A DNA stretch of 64,000 nt from Sumerlaeia bacterium (GCA_040219255.1 JAVJSW010000060.1:64001-128000), one strand, 5' to 3'; positions 19,772-30,714 are shown, numbered from the stretch's first letter. The notes: generated by a model from the letters alone, not told the origin. Translations and numbers: made by a program.

Positions 19772-21247
19772 CTACTTTCTTCGCAGCAGCCGCAGGCCAA
19801 GGCCCGCCGTCTCGCGGTCCAGAAGCCAGAGCGCGCCGAAATACCCGGCCGCCGCCACGGGGCTGAGGGCCAGGGCGAGCCAGCCTTCCCCCGCCAGCCA
19901 GCGCGTCGCCCACCAGGCTCCGCCCACCGCCATCCACAGCGGCACGTACCGCAGCCACGCGGCATGGAAGCGCGCCTGGCCCTCGCCCAGAAGCCAGCCC
20001 ATCAGGGCGCCATGCACCATCCAGAGCGCGGCGGAAACGACCGCGAAGGCGGCGATGGCGCCCTCCACGCCCCAGCGCGCGCCAAGGACGATGGCACCGG
20101 CGCGGAGCACCACGGCGGCGATGTTCCAGAACAGGCCGACCTCGGGCCGGTCGCGCAGGACGTCGAGGCTGGAAATCGGCGAAAACACCCCCACGAACAG
20201 CAGATACATCGCCAGCCACGGCACCAGCGGCGCCGCCGCCTCGGCCCATTCCGGCCCGAGCACGGCGCGGACGATGGTGGCGGAGAAGAGCGCGAGCCAA
20301 ATCAGGAACGGCGCGATGAAGGCGGCGGAGCCCCGCAGCGCCTGGTAGACCCGGGCGCGCAGGTCGTCTTCGGAAAGGCCGGACAGGCTCGGGAAGACCA
20401 CTCGCCCCAGCGCCCCCACCAGCAGCAGCAACGGCAGCGTGATCAGGAAGTTGCTGGACGAAAAGGCCGCCACGGCAGCGGGGCCGATCAGGCCGCCAAG
20501 GAGCAGGGCCGGAGCCTGGGCGCTGGCGATGTTGAGACCCTGATCCGCCGCCAGCACGCCGCAGAATCGCCGATGGCGCCTTAACAGCGCCCGGAACCGC
20601 CGGGCCGTCTGGCGCGGGCGCGCCAGCACCGCGCCCCATGATTTCCACCGTCCGCGCCAGAGAAACCAGGCTTCGATGGCCTCCGCCGCCGCGAACGCCA
20701 CGTACAGCGCCCAGGTCTCGGGCAGCACCGCCAGCAGCCCCAAGCCTCCGAACCAGAGCGTCAGGGTCTGGAGGAACTCGCCGAAGCCGATGCGGCGGAA
20801 GGCGAGTTCGGCGGCCAGGACGGGCTTGATGGCGGTTTTCAAGGCCTGAATCGCCAGCACCAGCGGCACGAACCAGAGCAGCGTGGCGCGCTCGCCCGCC
20901 AAGCCCATGATCTCCGCGAGCAGCGGATGCGCCAGCAACACCACAGCCCCACAAGCCACCGCCATCGCCACCAGCGCCCCCACGAGGCCCTGGGCATAGG
21001 CGCGGCGCCGGCTCGCTTCGCGCACGACCAATTGATCGAACCCCAGTGGCAACACCGCCAGCCCCACTAAGTGCAACGACGCCAGCGCTCGGTACGCGCC
21101 GAAGCCGTCCTCGGAGACCAGCCGTGCCACCGCCGCCAGCCCCGCCAGGCCCAGAAGGCGGGTGACGAAACTGGTGGCCAGGATCCAGCGCACGGCGCTG
21201 AAGGCCGAGGGCCGGCGGGCGATTTCGGCGGGAGCGGGGGTGGTCAC
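19772..21247 (-). CDS. oligosaccharide flippase (Wzx/PST family)
   Basis: Many TM segments; ARLVSEDGFG, RVVFPSLS, VLGPEWAEA. Confidence 0.85.
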   Translation of the reverse strand: MTTPAPAEIARRPSAFSAVRWILATSFVTRLLGLAGLAAVARLVSEDGFGAYRALASLHLVGLAVLPLGFDQLVVREASRRRAYAQGLVGALVAMAVACGAVVLLAHPLLAEIMGLAGERATLLWFVPLVLAIQALKTAIKPVLAAELAFRRIGFGEFLQTLTLWFGGLGLLAVLPETWALYVAFAAAEAIEAWFLWRGRWKSWGAVLARPRQTARRFRALLRRHRRFCGVLAADQGLNIASAQAPALLLGGLIGPAAVAAFSSSNFLITLPLLLLVGALGRVVFPSLSGLSEDDLRARVYQALRGSAAFIAPFLIWLALFSATIVRAVLGPEWAEAAAPLVPWLAMYLLFVGVFSPISSLDVLRDRPEVGLFWNIAAVVLRAGAIVLGARWGVEGAIAAFAVVSAALWMVHGALMGWLLGEGQARFHAAWLRYVPLWMAVGGAWWATRWLAGEGWLALALSPVAAAGYFGALWLLDRETAGLGLRLLRRK

Positions 21248-21467
21248 GGGGCGGTTTCGATTCCTCGGTTCGCCGATGGGGCCTGGCCGCTTCGCGAGAG
21301 CAAAACCTTCGGCATGTCGGCACTGGCATGTGGAAAACTGTAAGGCATAAGAAATCAGCTTTCCAGGCGCGCATTGGGGGCGGCGGGAATCTTGCCACCG
21401 AAGGCAGGAAAGGGCAGCGGCGGCCTCGGCGCGAGTCCTTTGTGATTTCCAGGAGCCGCGCCCCCCT

Positions 21468-22577
21468 TTGTCCGCGCCTTACAGGCCTTCCCATCCCGAG
21501 CCGATTCCCGGCGATCCGGTGCGCTCCGCCCGCCGGGCGGGGCTGCGCTATGTCAGCGACACCGAACCGGGCATCACCCGCCGCCGCGCGGGCAAGGGCT
21601 GGAGCTACCGCGATCCCTCCGGCGCGCGGATCGACGACCCGGCGGTGCGCGAGCGATGCAACCGGCTGGCCATCCCGCCGGCCTACCGCGATGTCTGGAT
21701 CTGTCCGGACCCGCGCGGCCATCTCCAGGCCACCGGCCGCGACGCCCGCGGGCGCAAACAGTACCGCTATCACGCACTCTGGCAGCGGATCCGCAATGCG
21801 CACAAATTCGATACGCTCATCGCCTTCGGGCATGCGCTGCCGGGGTTGCGGGCGCGGCTCGACGAGGACCTGCGGCGGCACCGGCTCTCGCGCGAGCGCG
21901 TCGTCGCCGCCGTGGTTCGATTGCTCGACCGGACCTTGATCCGCGTGGGCAACGATGAATACGCCCGCGAGAACGAGTCCTATGGCCTGACCACCATGAC
22001 CCAGGAGCACGTCGATGCGCGAGGGGGTTCGCTCACCTTCCATTTCCGCGGCAAGAGCGGCCGCCAGCACGAACTGTGCGTCACCGATCCCCGGGCGGCG
22101 CGGGTCGTGCGTCAGTGCGAGGAGTTGCCCGGCCAGCGCCTGTTCCAGTATCTGGACGGCGACGGCGGCCGCCACGCGGTTTCCAGCGAAGATGTGAACG
22201 ATTATCTGGAGACGGCGATGGGGCAGGAGTTTTCGGCGAAGGATTTCCGCACCTGGGGCGGCACCGTGGCTGCGGCGATGGCGCTGCGTGAGGCGGGGCC
22301 GCCGGATTCGGAGAAATCCGCGGACAAGGCCATCGTCTCCGCCATCAAGGAAGCGGCCGCCGTGCTGGGCAACACGGCTGCCACCTGCCGCAAGTACTAC
22401 GTCCACCCGGGCGTCCTCCAATCCTACCGCGAGGGCGGCCTCGCCAAAGCCTTCGACCGATGCCTGGGACAAGATCGCGAAGGCCTCCGCCCCGAGGAAG
22501 CGGCGGTCCTGTGCGTGCTGGAGCGGGAACGCGCCGAGAGCCTCGAACCTTTGACAGGAGAACGACATCCGCGATGA
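21468..22577 (+). CDS. DNA topoisomerase IB (bacterial/poxvirus type)
   Basis: GLRYVSD, IPPAY.DVWIC, GRKQYRYH, IRVGN, FRGKSG, AKDFRTW, LGNT..CRKYY (catalytic Tyr). Confidence 0.93.
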   Translation: MSAPYRPSHPEPIPGDPVRSARRAGLRYVSDTEPGITRRRAGKGWSYRDPSGARIDDPAVRERCNRLAIPPAYRDVWICPDPRGHLQATGRDARGRKQYRYHALWQRIRNAHKFDTLIAFGHALPGLRARLDEDLRRHRLSRERVVAAVVRLLDRTLIRVGNDEYARENESYGLTTMTQEHVDARGGSLTFHFRGKSGRQHELCVTDPRAARVVRQCEELPGQRLFQYLDGDGGRHAVSSEDVNDYLETAMGQEFSAKDFRTWGGTVAAAMALREAGPPDSEKSADKAIVSAIKEAAAVLGNTAATCRKYYVHPGVLQSYREGGLAKAFDRCLGQDREGLRPEEAAVLCVLERERAESLEPLTGERHPR

Positions 22578-23500
22578 AAACGAAGCTGAAACGCGCCTAC
22601 GAATTCCTGCGCGACACGATCCAGAAGTGGAATTTCGACAAGGGACCCCGCTGGGCCGCGGCGGTGGCCTTCTACACCGCGTTTTCGCTGGGGCCGCTGC
22701 TCTTGATCGGAATCTGGGTGGCGACAATGATCTTCGGCGACGACGCGCGCGGCGAGATCACCAACCAGTTGCAGTCTCTGATGGGCGAGCAGGGGGCATC
22801 GGCGGTGAGCGAACTCCTCAAGGCCACCGCGGAGCGGGAAGGCTCGGGCATCATCGCCGCGACGATCGGCGTGGGGCTCCTTCTCTTCACCGCGTCGCGG
22901 GTTTTTCTGGGGTTGCAGGACGCGTTGAACTGGATTTTCCGCGTCGACGGCGATCCGGACATCGGCTGGAAGGTTGTCGCCAAGAAACGCGGCCTAGCCT
23001 TTGGAATGGTCCTCGGGGTGATTTTCTGCCTGTTGGTGTCGCTGATCGCCAGCGCGATTCTTAACCACGCGATGGAGGGTGCCAGCGCTTGGCTGGCGCT
23101 GCCCGATTGGGTGGCCCAGTTCACCGACCTCGGCGTGTCGCTCTTGTTCGTGACGCTGCTGTTCGCGTTGCTGTTCAAGTTCGTGCCCGATGTCCGCCTT
23201 TCGTGGCGCCAGGTGGCGGGCGGGGCTTTCCTGACGGCGCTGCTGTTCGTTGCGGGGAAATTCGCGATTGGCTATTACCTGGGCCAAAGGGCCGACGATT
23301 CGGCCTACGGCGCGGCGGGAGCCTTCGTCATCCTGCTGCTGTGGATTTATTACTCGGCGCAAATTTTCCTCTTCGGCGCCGAGGTCGTCTGCTGTGCCGC
23401 CAAGGCCCGGGGTCATTTCCCCGAACCCGAGTCCATGGCGGCCCGCGTCGAACGCCGCGTCGTGCGGCCGGGAACGGCGGAATCGGAATCGCCCGCGTGA
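22574..23500 (+). CDS. YihY/BrkB family membrane protein
   Basis: AAAVAFYTAFSLGP, LQDALN, LFKFVP, YGAAGAFVILLLWIYYSAQIFLFGAE. Confidence 0.92.
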   Translation: MKTKLKRAYEFLRDTIQKWNFDKGPRWAAAVAFYTAFSLGPLLLIGIWVATMIFGDDARGEITNQLQSLMGEQGASAVSELLKATAEREGSGIIAATIGVGLLLFTASRVFLGLQDALNWIFRVDGDPDIGWKVVAKKRGLAFGMVLGVIFCLLVSLIASAILNHAMEGASAWLALPDWVAQFTDLGVSLLFVTLLFALLFKFVPDVRLSWRQVAGGAFLTALLFVAGKFAIGYYLGQRADDSAYGAAGAFVILLLWIYYSAQIFLFGAEVVCCAAKARGHFPEPESMAARVERRVVRPGTAESESPA

Positions 23501-23603
23501 GAGTCGGGTTGCCCGGCGCCGACTGAGGGAACTACTTCGTTGCAAGCGACGGGTTGAGCCCTTCTTCCCCCGTCACCGATTCCCCCGCCACCAAGGCCAC
23601 GGC

Positions 23604-23882
23604 ATGACCGTCCGCTTCATCATCTGCGACCAGTGTTTCCGCCAGGGCAACTTCACGGAATTCGTTTCGTGTCCAGTGTGCCGCAAATCGCTGTGTCAGC
23701 GCTGTGCCGTCGGCGAACCGCTGAAGGCGGGCCATTGCGGGCGGCGGGTGGCGTGCCACGGCGTGGCCGCCCATCCAGCGGCGGAGGGCGCCGAGCCCGC
23801 GCCCGCCGCGCCGCCCCGGCCCGAGCCGTTGCTCCCGGCGTTGTGGCGTAGATTGCGGAGAAAACCAGGACGCAGGTCCTGA
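23604..23882 (+). CDS. small zinc-finger-like protein
   Basis: CDQC, CPVC, CQRC, HC..CH within 92 aa. Confidence 0.55.
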   Translation: MTVRFIICDQCFRQGNFTEFVSCPVCRKSLCQRCAVGEPLKAGHCGRRVACHGVAAHPAAEGAEPAPAAPPRPEPLLPALWRRLRRKPGRRS

Positions 23883-23897
23883 GAAGTTTCAGGCGGC

Positions 23898-26318
23898 TTA
23901 CTTGCCGACGCGGGGCGTGATCGTGCCGCTGCCGCGGCGCCGCACCACTTCTAGCACATCGCCGACTTCGCGGGCATCCATCAGGCGCGCGCGGTTCTCC
24001 TTGTCGACCATCAGGCGAGCGATTTCCGCGATGGTAGCCAAGTGACCTTCCGGGTCGCCGGGGTTGCTCAGCAGCAGGAACACGATATGCACCGGCTGGC
24101 CGTCGGGGGCGTTGAAGTCCATGCCCGCGGGGATTTGCGCCACGGCACAGACGCGGCCGCCGAGGCTGGGGCTGTAGGCGTGGGGCACGGCGACGCCGTG
24201 GCCGAGGGCGGTGGGGAAGCTCTGTTCGCGTTCGATGAGTTGCTTGACGGTTTCCTGCCGGTCGACGCGGGGCTCGAGGGCCACAACGCGGCTGACGATG
24301 AGTTCGAAGAGTTCGGACAGGTCCTTGGGCGCGCCGTCGCCTTCGAGGCGCAGCACCAGTTCGGCTCGCAGGCTGCGGCGCAGGTAATCGGCTTCGCGGC
24401 GCAGATACAGCGCCGGCCCGATCTTGCGGATTTCTTCCACGTCCTTGCCCGAGGGCATGTCTTCGGTGCGGGCTCTCTCGACCTTGGCGGGGGGCTCGGC
24501 GAGCAGTGTCGCGTGATCCAGAGTCAAGAACTTGCCCTGGATGGCCATGAGCGGGATGGTCATGTCGCCGGGATGTTCGAGCGGTTTCTCGGTCTGCACG
24601 AAGGTGGCCTCGCCGCGCATGATCTCCGTGCTGACCAGCGAGGGTTTGGGCAGCGCCGTCCAGATCGGCCGGCCCGGGGCGTCCGGATCCTCCGCCCCAT
24701 CCTTGTCGCCGCCCTTGGGGCCGGACCAGCGGAAGAGCTTCTGGCGGCCAAAGACTTCCTCCCATCGCGAGCACAAGAGCACGTTTAGGTCTTCGTTGTC
24801 CGTGGCGGCCAGGAGGTTGCCGATGCCGGTCACCTCGAGGCGCTCCTCGATCGCGTTGCGGTCGCGCGCATCCGCCAGCACCGCCGTCAGCCCGTCGCCC
24901 TGGGCCTCCTTGACGGCCTTGGGGTTTGAGTCGACGACGATGACGGGCAGTTTGGCGACGTCCTGGATAAAGCGGGCGGCCCGGCGGCCCAGGGGATGGG
25001 CGCCGACCACCAGCCAGCCCGTCGGCGCCGGGCGCCGCAGGCCTAGCAAACCTGCCAACGGCCCGGCGGTGAAGCCTTGCAAGATCACGGTGGCGATGAT
25101 GACGGAGTAAGTGAACGTTTCCAGGAAGCTCGGGTTCTCGAAGTTCGCGCCGCTGCGCGTCAGTTGCAGCGAAATGAACGAGGCCAGCGACGCCGCCACG
25201 ATCCCTCGCGGCGCGACCCAGGACAAAAAGGTGACCTCCTGTCTGGTCATGCCCAGCCCCGCCGACGACAGGATGATGTTCAGCGGCCGCACGACAAACA
25301 TCACCAGCAGCACGAGCAGCACACCCTTGATGCCGAAGCTGGCGAATTGGTCGAGCTGCAACCGCGCCGCCAGCAGCATGAACAAGAGCCCGATCATCAG
25401 GTCTGTGATCTCGGCCTTGAAGGCTCGGATGCGCTTGAGTTCGACGGGCTGCATGACGCCCAGGACGAACCCCGCCACCGTCACGGCCAGCAGACCCGCT
25501 TCCTCGAAAATGGCTTCCGCCAGGCCGAACAGCAGGACCGCCCCGCCGAGGGCGAAGACGTTGGTCATGTCCTCCGGCACCCATTGCTTTTTGATGGAAA
25601 GGCCAATCAGCCATCCGCCCAAAGCCCCGAGTATCAAGCCGTCGGCGATACGAAGAAGGAATATGCCGCCGGCCTGGAGGAACGAAATCCCCATCTCGCC
25701 GCCGCCGCTGAGAGTGACGATCAGGTCGTAGCACAGCAGAGCGACGAAAACGCCGAGGGGATCGATGAGGACGCCCTCCCAGTGGAGGATATTGTGCAGG
25801 TTCGTGTTGATCTTGATGCGTTTGAGAAGGGGCGCGATGACCGTCGGGCCTGTCACGATGACAAGGCTGGCGGCCTGGAAGCAGAAAACCCAGGAGTAAT
25901 CGAAGAAGAGCCGGATGGCGATGGCGGTGAAGAGGAAGGTGACCGCCACGCCGATGGTCAGCAGCCGGCGGATCATCTGGGGCGCGGTGCGGTAACCGGA
26001 AAGGTCGAGGGTGAGGCCGCCTTCGAAGAGAATCAGGCCGACCGCGAGCGAAACGATGACCCGCAGGCCATCGCCCAGGGAGGCGGGCTGAATGATGTTG
26101 AGCAGATTGGGGCCGAGCAGAATGCCGCCCAGCAGCAGCAGCACGATGGCGGGGACTTTGAGTTTCTGCGCCGCCCAGATCAGCAGCACACCGCCGCCGA
26201 TGGCGGCCACCATAGTCACCAGAATCGGCGAGGGTCCATGATGGCCGGCGTGCTCGGCGACATGGAGGGCTACCTGGGCTGTGGTCGTGGTCAGGGTATC
26301 GCTCGCCAAAGGTCGCAA
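23898..26318 (-). CDS. CPA1 cation/H+ antiporter fused to TrkA-N (RCK) and PTS EIIA domains
   Basis: ILFEGGL, VTGPTVI, WEGVLIDP, APRGIVAAS; VVGAHPLG..VVDSN; REQSFPTALGHGVAVPH (EIIA phospho-His). Confidence 0.9.
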   Translation of the reverse strand: MRPLASDTLTTTTAQVALHVAEHAGHHGPSPILVTMVAAIGGGVLLIWAAQKLKVPAIVLLLLGGILLGPNLLNIIQPASLGDGLRVIVSLAVGLILFEGGLTLDLSGYRTAPQMIRRLLTIGVAVTFLFTAIAIRLFFDYSWVFCFQAASLVIVTGPTVIAPLLKRIKINTNLHNILHWEGVLIDPLGVFVALLCYDLIVTLSGGGEMGISFLQAGGIFLLRIADGLILGALGGWLIGLSIKKQWVPEDMTNVFALGGAVLLFGLAEAIFEEAGLLAVTVAGFVLGVMQPVELKRIRAFKAEITDLMIGLLFMLLAARLQLDQFASFGIKGVLLVLLVMFVVRPLNIILSSAGLGMTRQEVTFLSWVAPRGIVAASLASFISLQLTRSGANFENPSFLETFTYSVIIATVILQGFTAGPLAGLLGLRRPAPTGWLVVGAHPLGRRAARFIQDVAKLPVIVVDSNPKAVKEAQGDGLTAVLADARDRNAIEERLEVTGIGNLLAATDNEDLNVLLCSRWEEVFGRQKLFRWSGPKGGDKDGAEDPDAPGRPIWTALPKPSLVSTEIMRGEATFVQTEKPLEHPGDMTIPLMAIQGKFLTLDHATLLAEPPAKVERARTEDMPSGKDVEEIRKIGPALYLRREADYLRRSLRAELVLRLEGDGAPKDLSELFELIVSRVVALEPRVDRQETVKQLIEREQSFPTALGHGVAVPHAYSPSLGGRVCAVAQIPAGMDFNAPDGQPVHIVFLLLSNPGDPEGHLATIAEIARLMVDKENRARLMDAREVGDVLEVVRRRGSGTITPRVGK

Positions 26319-26481
26319 TCCTCACGTTCGTCAAGGAAGTTGGCGGCCGGGGCCGCTCTGTGCTTGATGCTCTTGGTCCGGGGGAGCAAGGAAGGATATC
26401 AGCAGGCCGCTCGCGAGCGGCCGCATTCCGCTCAGCGATATGTGTTCCGTGGCCGCCGCACCTTCCCCCTCGAACCAGACG

Positions 26482-27195
26482 ATGTCCGACCCGCTCCGTC
26501 AACCGCCGCCTTTGGGTCATAACGAAGAGAAGCCCCTCCCTCCCCTCGTCGTACTGATCCCTCCGCTGCTGGTGCCTTCGGCCATCATGTGGCCGCTGGG
26601 GTGGCGGTTGAAGCGCGCTGGCCGGCGGACGGTGCTGTTCCGCTACCGGTCCTGGGCCCGGGATATTCCAGAAAACGGCCGGCGCCTCGCGATTTTTCTG
26701 CAAGGCCTCGAAGAAGACGAGATCGACGCGGTGGCGTTTTCCCTGGGGGCGATTCTGCTGCGCTGGGCCACCAATCACCACGACATCCCACGGCTGCGGC
26801 GCGTGGTGATGATCGGGCCGCCGAACCGCGGAGCCCACATGGCGGATTGGCTGTCGCGCCGGCTGGGCCCGCTTTACAGTCTGATCTGGGGGCGGGCGGC
26901 GCTTCAATTGCGGCGCGGCGGGCGGGGGCTCGCGGAGCGTGCGGGACAACTGGACCCCGGCACGGACCTGGGGGTGATCGCCGGCGGCACGGGCAAGGGG
27001 CGCGGCTACAATCCGCTGATTCCCGGCGACAACGATATGACAGTGGCAGTGGCGGAGACCATTCTGCCCGGGATGCTGGACTTCACGGTTCTTCGGCGGC
27101 CCCACAACATGCTGCCGATTTCAGCCCGGACGGCGGATCTGGCGATCCGATTCCTGGAGTCGGGCAAATTCAAGACCCGCCAGAAGACGCCCTGA
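26482..27195 (+). CDS. alpha/beta-hydrolase (lipase/esterase-like)
   Basis: VAFSLG nucleophile elbow, RVVMIGPPNRG, GVIAG, NDMTV, PHN. Confidence 0.8.
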   Translation: MSDPLRQPPPLGHNEEKPLPPLVVLIPPLLVPSAIMWPLGWRLKRAGRRTVLFRYRSWARDIPENGRRLAIFLQGLEEDEIDAVAFSLGAILLRWATNHHDIPRLRRVVMIGPPNRGAHMADWLSRRLGPLYSLIWGRAALQLRRGGRGLAERAGQLDPGTDLGVIAGGTGKGRGYNPLIPGDNDMTVAVAETILPGMLDFTVLRRPHNMLPISARTADLAIRFLESGKFKTRQKTP

Positions 27196-27509
27196 GAAGC
27201 CGCCGAGAGCGATTTTCACCCCTTCGCTTTTTATCGGAATTGCGTGAAATCCGCGTTTCCGCCTTGACCGGAGCGGAGGGACGGCCTAGCAAACTCCGCG
27301 CTTTGTGCCCATTGGGCCTTCAAAGTGGCGGGTCTTGTGCCCGCGCGCGGTAGGCTCTCGACCGCTTTCCCCGGGTCCGGGTTTCATCCGGCGGCTGGCG
27401 GGAATGGTAGATAGGAGAGGCGCCGCTTTCGTCAAGGGACCGGCTCTCCCGCCGCGCTCTTGAACCGCACCCGAACTTTCCAAGTACTGGATGATAAAGG
27501 ACAACTCTC

Positions 27510-29633
27510 ATGCCTCGCAAACACCCCCTCGGTCGAGTCCGAAACATCGGCATCATGGCCCACATCGATGCCGGCAAGACGACCACGACCGAGCGCATTC
27601 TATTCTACACCGGTAAGTCCCACAAGATCGGTGAGGTGCACGAAGGCGCCGCCGAAATGGACTGGATGGAGCAGGAGCGCGAACGAGGCATCACCATTAC
27701 CTCGGCGGCGACCCGCTGCTATTGGCGATACAACAACGACTCGAACAACCCGGAGCACGAGATCAACATCATCGACACGCCGGGCCACGTGGACTTCACC
27801 GTGGAAGTGGAACGCAGCGTGCGCGTCCTCGACGGCGCTATCGCCGTCTTCTGCGCCGTCGGCGGCGTCGAGCCCCAGTCCGAAACGGTCTGGCGCCAGG
27901 CCGACAAGTACGGCGTGCCCCGCATGGCCTTCGTCAACAAGATGGACCGCATCGGCGCCGACTTCTTCAACGTCGTCGAGATGATGCGCGAACGTCTGGG
28001 CTGCCACGCGGTTCCGCTGCAGGTTCCGATCGGCGCGGAAGACAAGTTCCGCGGCTTCATCGACCTGGTCGATATGAAGGCCCGCATCTGGCCGCAAGAC
28101 GATCAGGAGCAGGGCGCCAAGTTCGAGGAAATCTCCATCCCCGAAGACCTGCAGGACATTGCCACGGAGTACCGCGAGAAACTCCTCGAGTCCCTCTCGG
28201 ACTACGACGATCTGTTCGCTGAGAAGTACCTCGATGGGGAGGACTTCTCCAATGAGGAGCTGCGCAAGGCGGTCCGCAGCGCGACCCTTCGCGCCAAAAT
28301 CACCCCCGTTTTCCTGGGCTCCGCCTTCAAGAACAAGGGCGTTCAGGCCCTCCTCAATGGCGTGATCGACTACCTGCCGTCACCCACGGAAGTCGAATCC
28401 ATCAGGGGCATTCATCCGGAGACGGAAGAAGAGATGTCGCGCAAGCCCAACGACGAAGAGCCCTTCAGCGCTCTGGCCTTCAAGGTCATGCGCGATCCTC
28501 GCGGCGTCGACAAGCTGACTTACATCCGCATCTACTCCGGCGTGCTCAAGGCCGGTTCCTACGTGTACAACACGAGCCAGGACCGCACCGAGCGCGTCGG
28601 CCGGATTTACGTGATGCACGCCGTCACGAAGGACCCCACCGATGAAGCCCGCACCGGCGACATCGTGGCCCTGGTCGGCATGAAAAACGTCCGCACCGGC
28701 GACACGCTGTGCGACCCGGACAACATCATCGAGCTGGAGAAGATGACCTTCCCCGAGCCGGTGATCTCCATCGCCGTCGAGCCGAAGACCAAGAACGACA
28801 TGGACAAGATGTCCACGTCGCTGACCAAGCTGATGGAAGAAGACCCCACCTTCCGCGTTCAGACGGACGAGGAAACGGGCCAGACCATTCTCCACGGCAT
28901 GGGCGAGCTGCACCTGGAAATTCTGGTGGATCGTCTCAAGCGCGAGTACAAAGTCGAAGCCAACGTGGGTCAGCCCCAGGTGGCCTACCGCGAGACGGTC
29001 ACCCGCGAAAGCTCGGTCCGTTACCAGCACAAGAAGCAGTCGGGCGGCCGCGGCCAATTCGCCGAAGTGCATATTCGCGTCGAGCCCAACGACCCCGGCC
29101 ACGGCTTCTCCTTCAAGAGCGAAGTCGTCGGCGGCGTCGTTCCCAAGGAATACATCCCCGCGGTCGAGCAGGGCATCATCAGCGCCCTCGGCACGGGCCC
29201 GGTGGCCGGCTATCCGGTGGTGGACGTGAAGGCCGCCCTCTACGACGGATCGTACCACGATGTGGACTCGTCGGAAATGGCGTTCAAGATCGCCGCCATC
29301 CAGGCGTTCAAAGACGCCGCCCGCCGCGCCAACCCGATCCTGCTGGAGCCCATGATGGCCGTGGAAATCACGACCCCGGCCGATCACCAGGGCGACATCA
29401 TCGGCAACCTGAACCAGAAGCGCGCGAAGATCGAGCAGATCGAGCCGCGCCCCGGCGGCGCCAGCGGCGTCAAGTGCCTCGTGCCGCTTTCGGAAATGTT
29501 CGGCTACGCCACCGAAATCCGCAACCTCTCCTCTGGCCGCGCCGCATTCTCCATGCAGTTCAGCCACTACGAGCCCGTTCCGAAGTTCGTGGAAGAGCGC
29601 ATCGTCGGCGAGCGCGCCGCCGCCGCGAAGTAA
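27510..29633 (+). CDS. fusA: elongation factor G
   Basis: [38 protein letters not shown]. Confidence 0.97.
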   Translation: MPRKHPLGRVRNIGIMAHIDAGKTTTTERILFYTGKSHKIGEVHEGAAEMDWMEQERERGITITSAATRCYWRYNNDSNNPEHEINIIDTPGHVDFTVEVERSVRVLDGAIAVFCAVGGVEPQSETVWRQADKYGVPRMAFVNKMDRIGADFFNVVEMMRERLGCHAVPLQVPIGAEDKFRGFIDLVDMKARIWPQDDQEQGAKFEEISIPEDLQDIATEYREKLLESLSDYDDLFAEKYLDGEDFSNEELRKAVRSATLRAKITPVFLGSAFKNKGVQALLNGVIDYLPSPTEVESIRGIHPETEEEMSRKPNDEEPFSALAFKVMRDPRGVDKLTYIRIYSGVLKAGSYVYNTSQDRTERVGRIYVMHAVTKDPTDEARTGDIVALVGMKNVRTGDTLCDPDNIIELEKMTFPEPVISIAVEPKTKNDMDKMSTSLTKLMEEDPTFRVQTDEETGQTILHGMGELHLEILVDRLKREYKVEANVGQPQVAYRETVTRESSVRYQHKKQSGGRGQFAEVHIRVEPNDPGHGFSFKSEVVGGVVPKEYIPAVEQGIISALGTGPVAGYPVVDVKAALYDGSYHDVDSSEMAFKIAAIQAFKDAARRANPILLEPMMAVEITTPADHQGDIIGNLNQKRAKIEQIEPRPGGASGVKCLVPLSEMFGYATEIRNLSSGRAAFSMQFSHYEPVPKFVEERIVGERAAAAK

Positions 29634-29689
29634 CCCCCTCCCCCCCCCACACGCTGCCCCACACGGGGCGGCCCCGCGGGTAACATGTG

Positions 29690-29720
29690 AAGCCCGGGCC
29701 CAACGGCCCGGGCTTTTTTT
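29690..29720 (+). terminator. intrinsic terminator after fusA
   Basis: AAGCCCGGGCC-CAAC-GGCCCGGGCTT followed by a T run. Confidence 0.85.
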
Positions 29721-29791
29721 CTTCCACGCCTTGGCACGGATTTGACTTATTCACTCTTCAAGAAATTGCCGGGCGAGGTTTGATTCCCCCC

Positions 29792-30382
29792 ATGGACAAC
29801 CGCACTGAAGATCCCCAAACTCAAGAAAAGCAGACGCGCAAACGTCCTGTCGGCACCGTCCGCTTTGTCGCCTCCGTGGTCATTCTGGGCGTTGTCGTGG
29901 GAATCTGGATGCTCTTCATCCAGGGCCGCCTGCGAGCGGAAGAGGTTTTGGGGCCGAGTATGGAACCGACCCTCGCGACGGGCGACCGCTTGATCGTGAG
30001 CGACTACATGGACGAGTCCCCCGGTCGCGGCGACATCGTCAGCCTTGTCTCTCCCGGAGACGGTGGCGGTCTCGTGAAACGTGTCGTCGCGGTTCCGGGA
30101 GACTTCGTCATCGTTGCCGACGAATACGTGTTTCTGAACCGGATACCCTCAGCGAAGGAACTTCAGGCGCTCGGGGCCTGGCCCGCAAAATATCGTCTGT
30201 CCCGTTTCGATCTCGAGGAGGGCGAATTTTTCGTGGTGGGCGACAATGCGAGCAATAGCTACGACTCGCGCTTTTTCGGCCCGGTGGGCGAAGACAAGAT
30301 CACCGGCAAGGTTCTGCTGCGATACTCTCCGCTCGATCGGGCGGGTAAGCTGGATCACCTGGTGGCCCGGGGGGTGCGCTGA
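29792..30382 (+). CDS. lepB: signal peptidase I
   Basis: TM segment then SMEPTL (Ser), LVKRVV (Lys), GDNASNSYDSRFFG. Confidence 0.9.
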   Translation: MDNRTEDPQTQEKQTRKRPVGTVRFVASVVILGVVVGIWMLFIQGRLRAEEVLGPSMEPTLATGDRLIVSDYMDESPGRGDIVSLVSPGDGGGLVKRVVAVPGDFVIVADEYVFLNRIPSAKELQALGAWPAKYRLSRFDLEEGEFFVVGDNASNSYDSRFFGPVGEDKITGKVLLRYSPLDRAGKLDHLVARGVR

Positions 30383-30394
30383 GAAGCGGTTGGG

Positions 30395-30652
30395 TCAGGA
30401 AGCACCCCGGATCGTCTGGGCGGCTTCGATGGCTTTGGCTTTCACGTGGCCATCCGGGTCTTTCGCCGCGATGTCTTCCAGTGTCTCCAGAGCTTCCCGC
30501 GCGTCGCCTTTCAGTTCGGCGAGCATTTCGATGGCATTGATTCGCTCTTCCGGATTCGGCGCGTTGCGCGCGTCGACGATCAGCGCCTGATACTTTTCGG
30601 TGTCGCGCGGTTCACTGGTCTGATTGGCTTTAAAGGGTTGCTGGCTGGTCAT
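30395..30652 (-). CDS. small HEAT-repeat protein
   Basis: ERINAIEMLAEL..DPDGHVKAKAIEA helical repeats. Confidence 0.6.
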   Translation of the reverse strand: MTSQQPFKANQTSEPRDTEKYQALIVDARNAPNPEERINAIEMLAELKGDAREALETLEDIAAKDPDGHVKAKAIEAAQTIRGAS

Positions 30653-30714
30653 GGAAGTAGACTTTCTCTGGGGGGATTTCTATCCCCCTGAAGAAGAGCC
30701 AGATCCGGACCGGC

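Noticed and set aside
16785-20348. 1187-aa ORF on the + strand, and similar long ORFs at 19719-22727, 23653-27105 and 34114-36519
   Set aside because: Shadow ORFs, antisense or out of frame to well-supported genes, as expected at high GC
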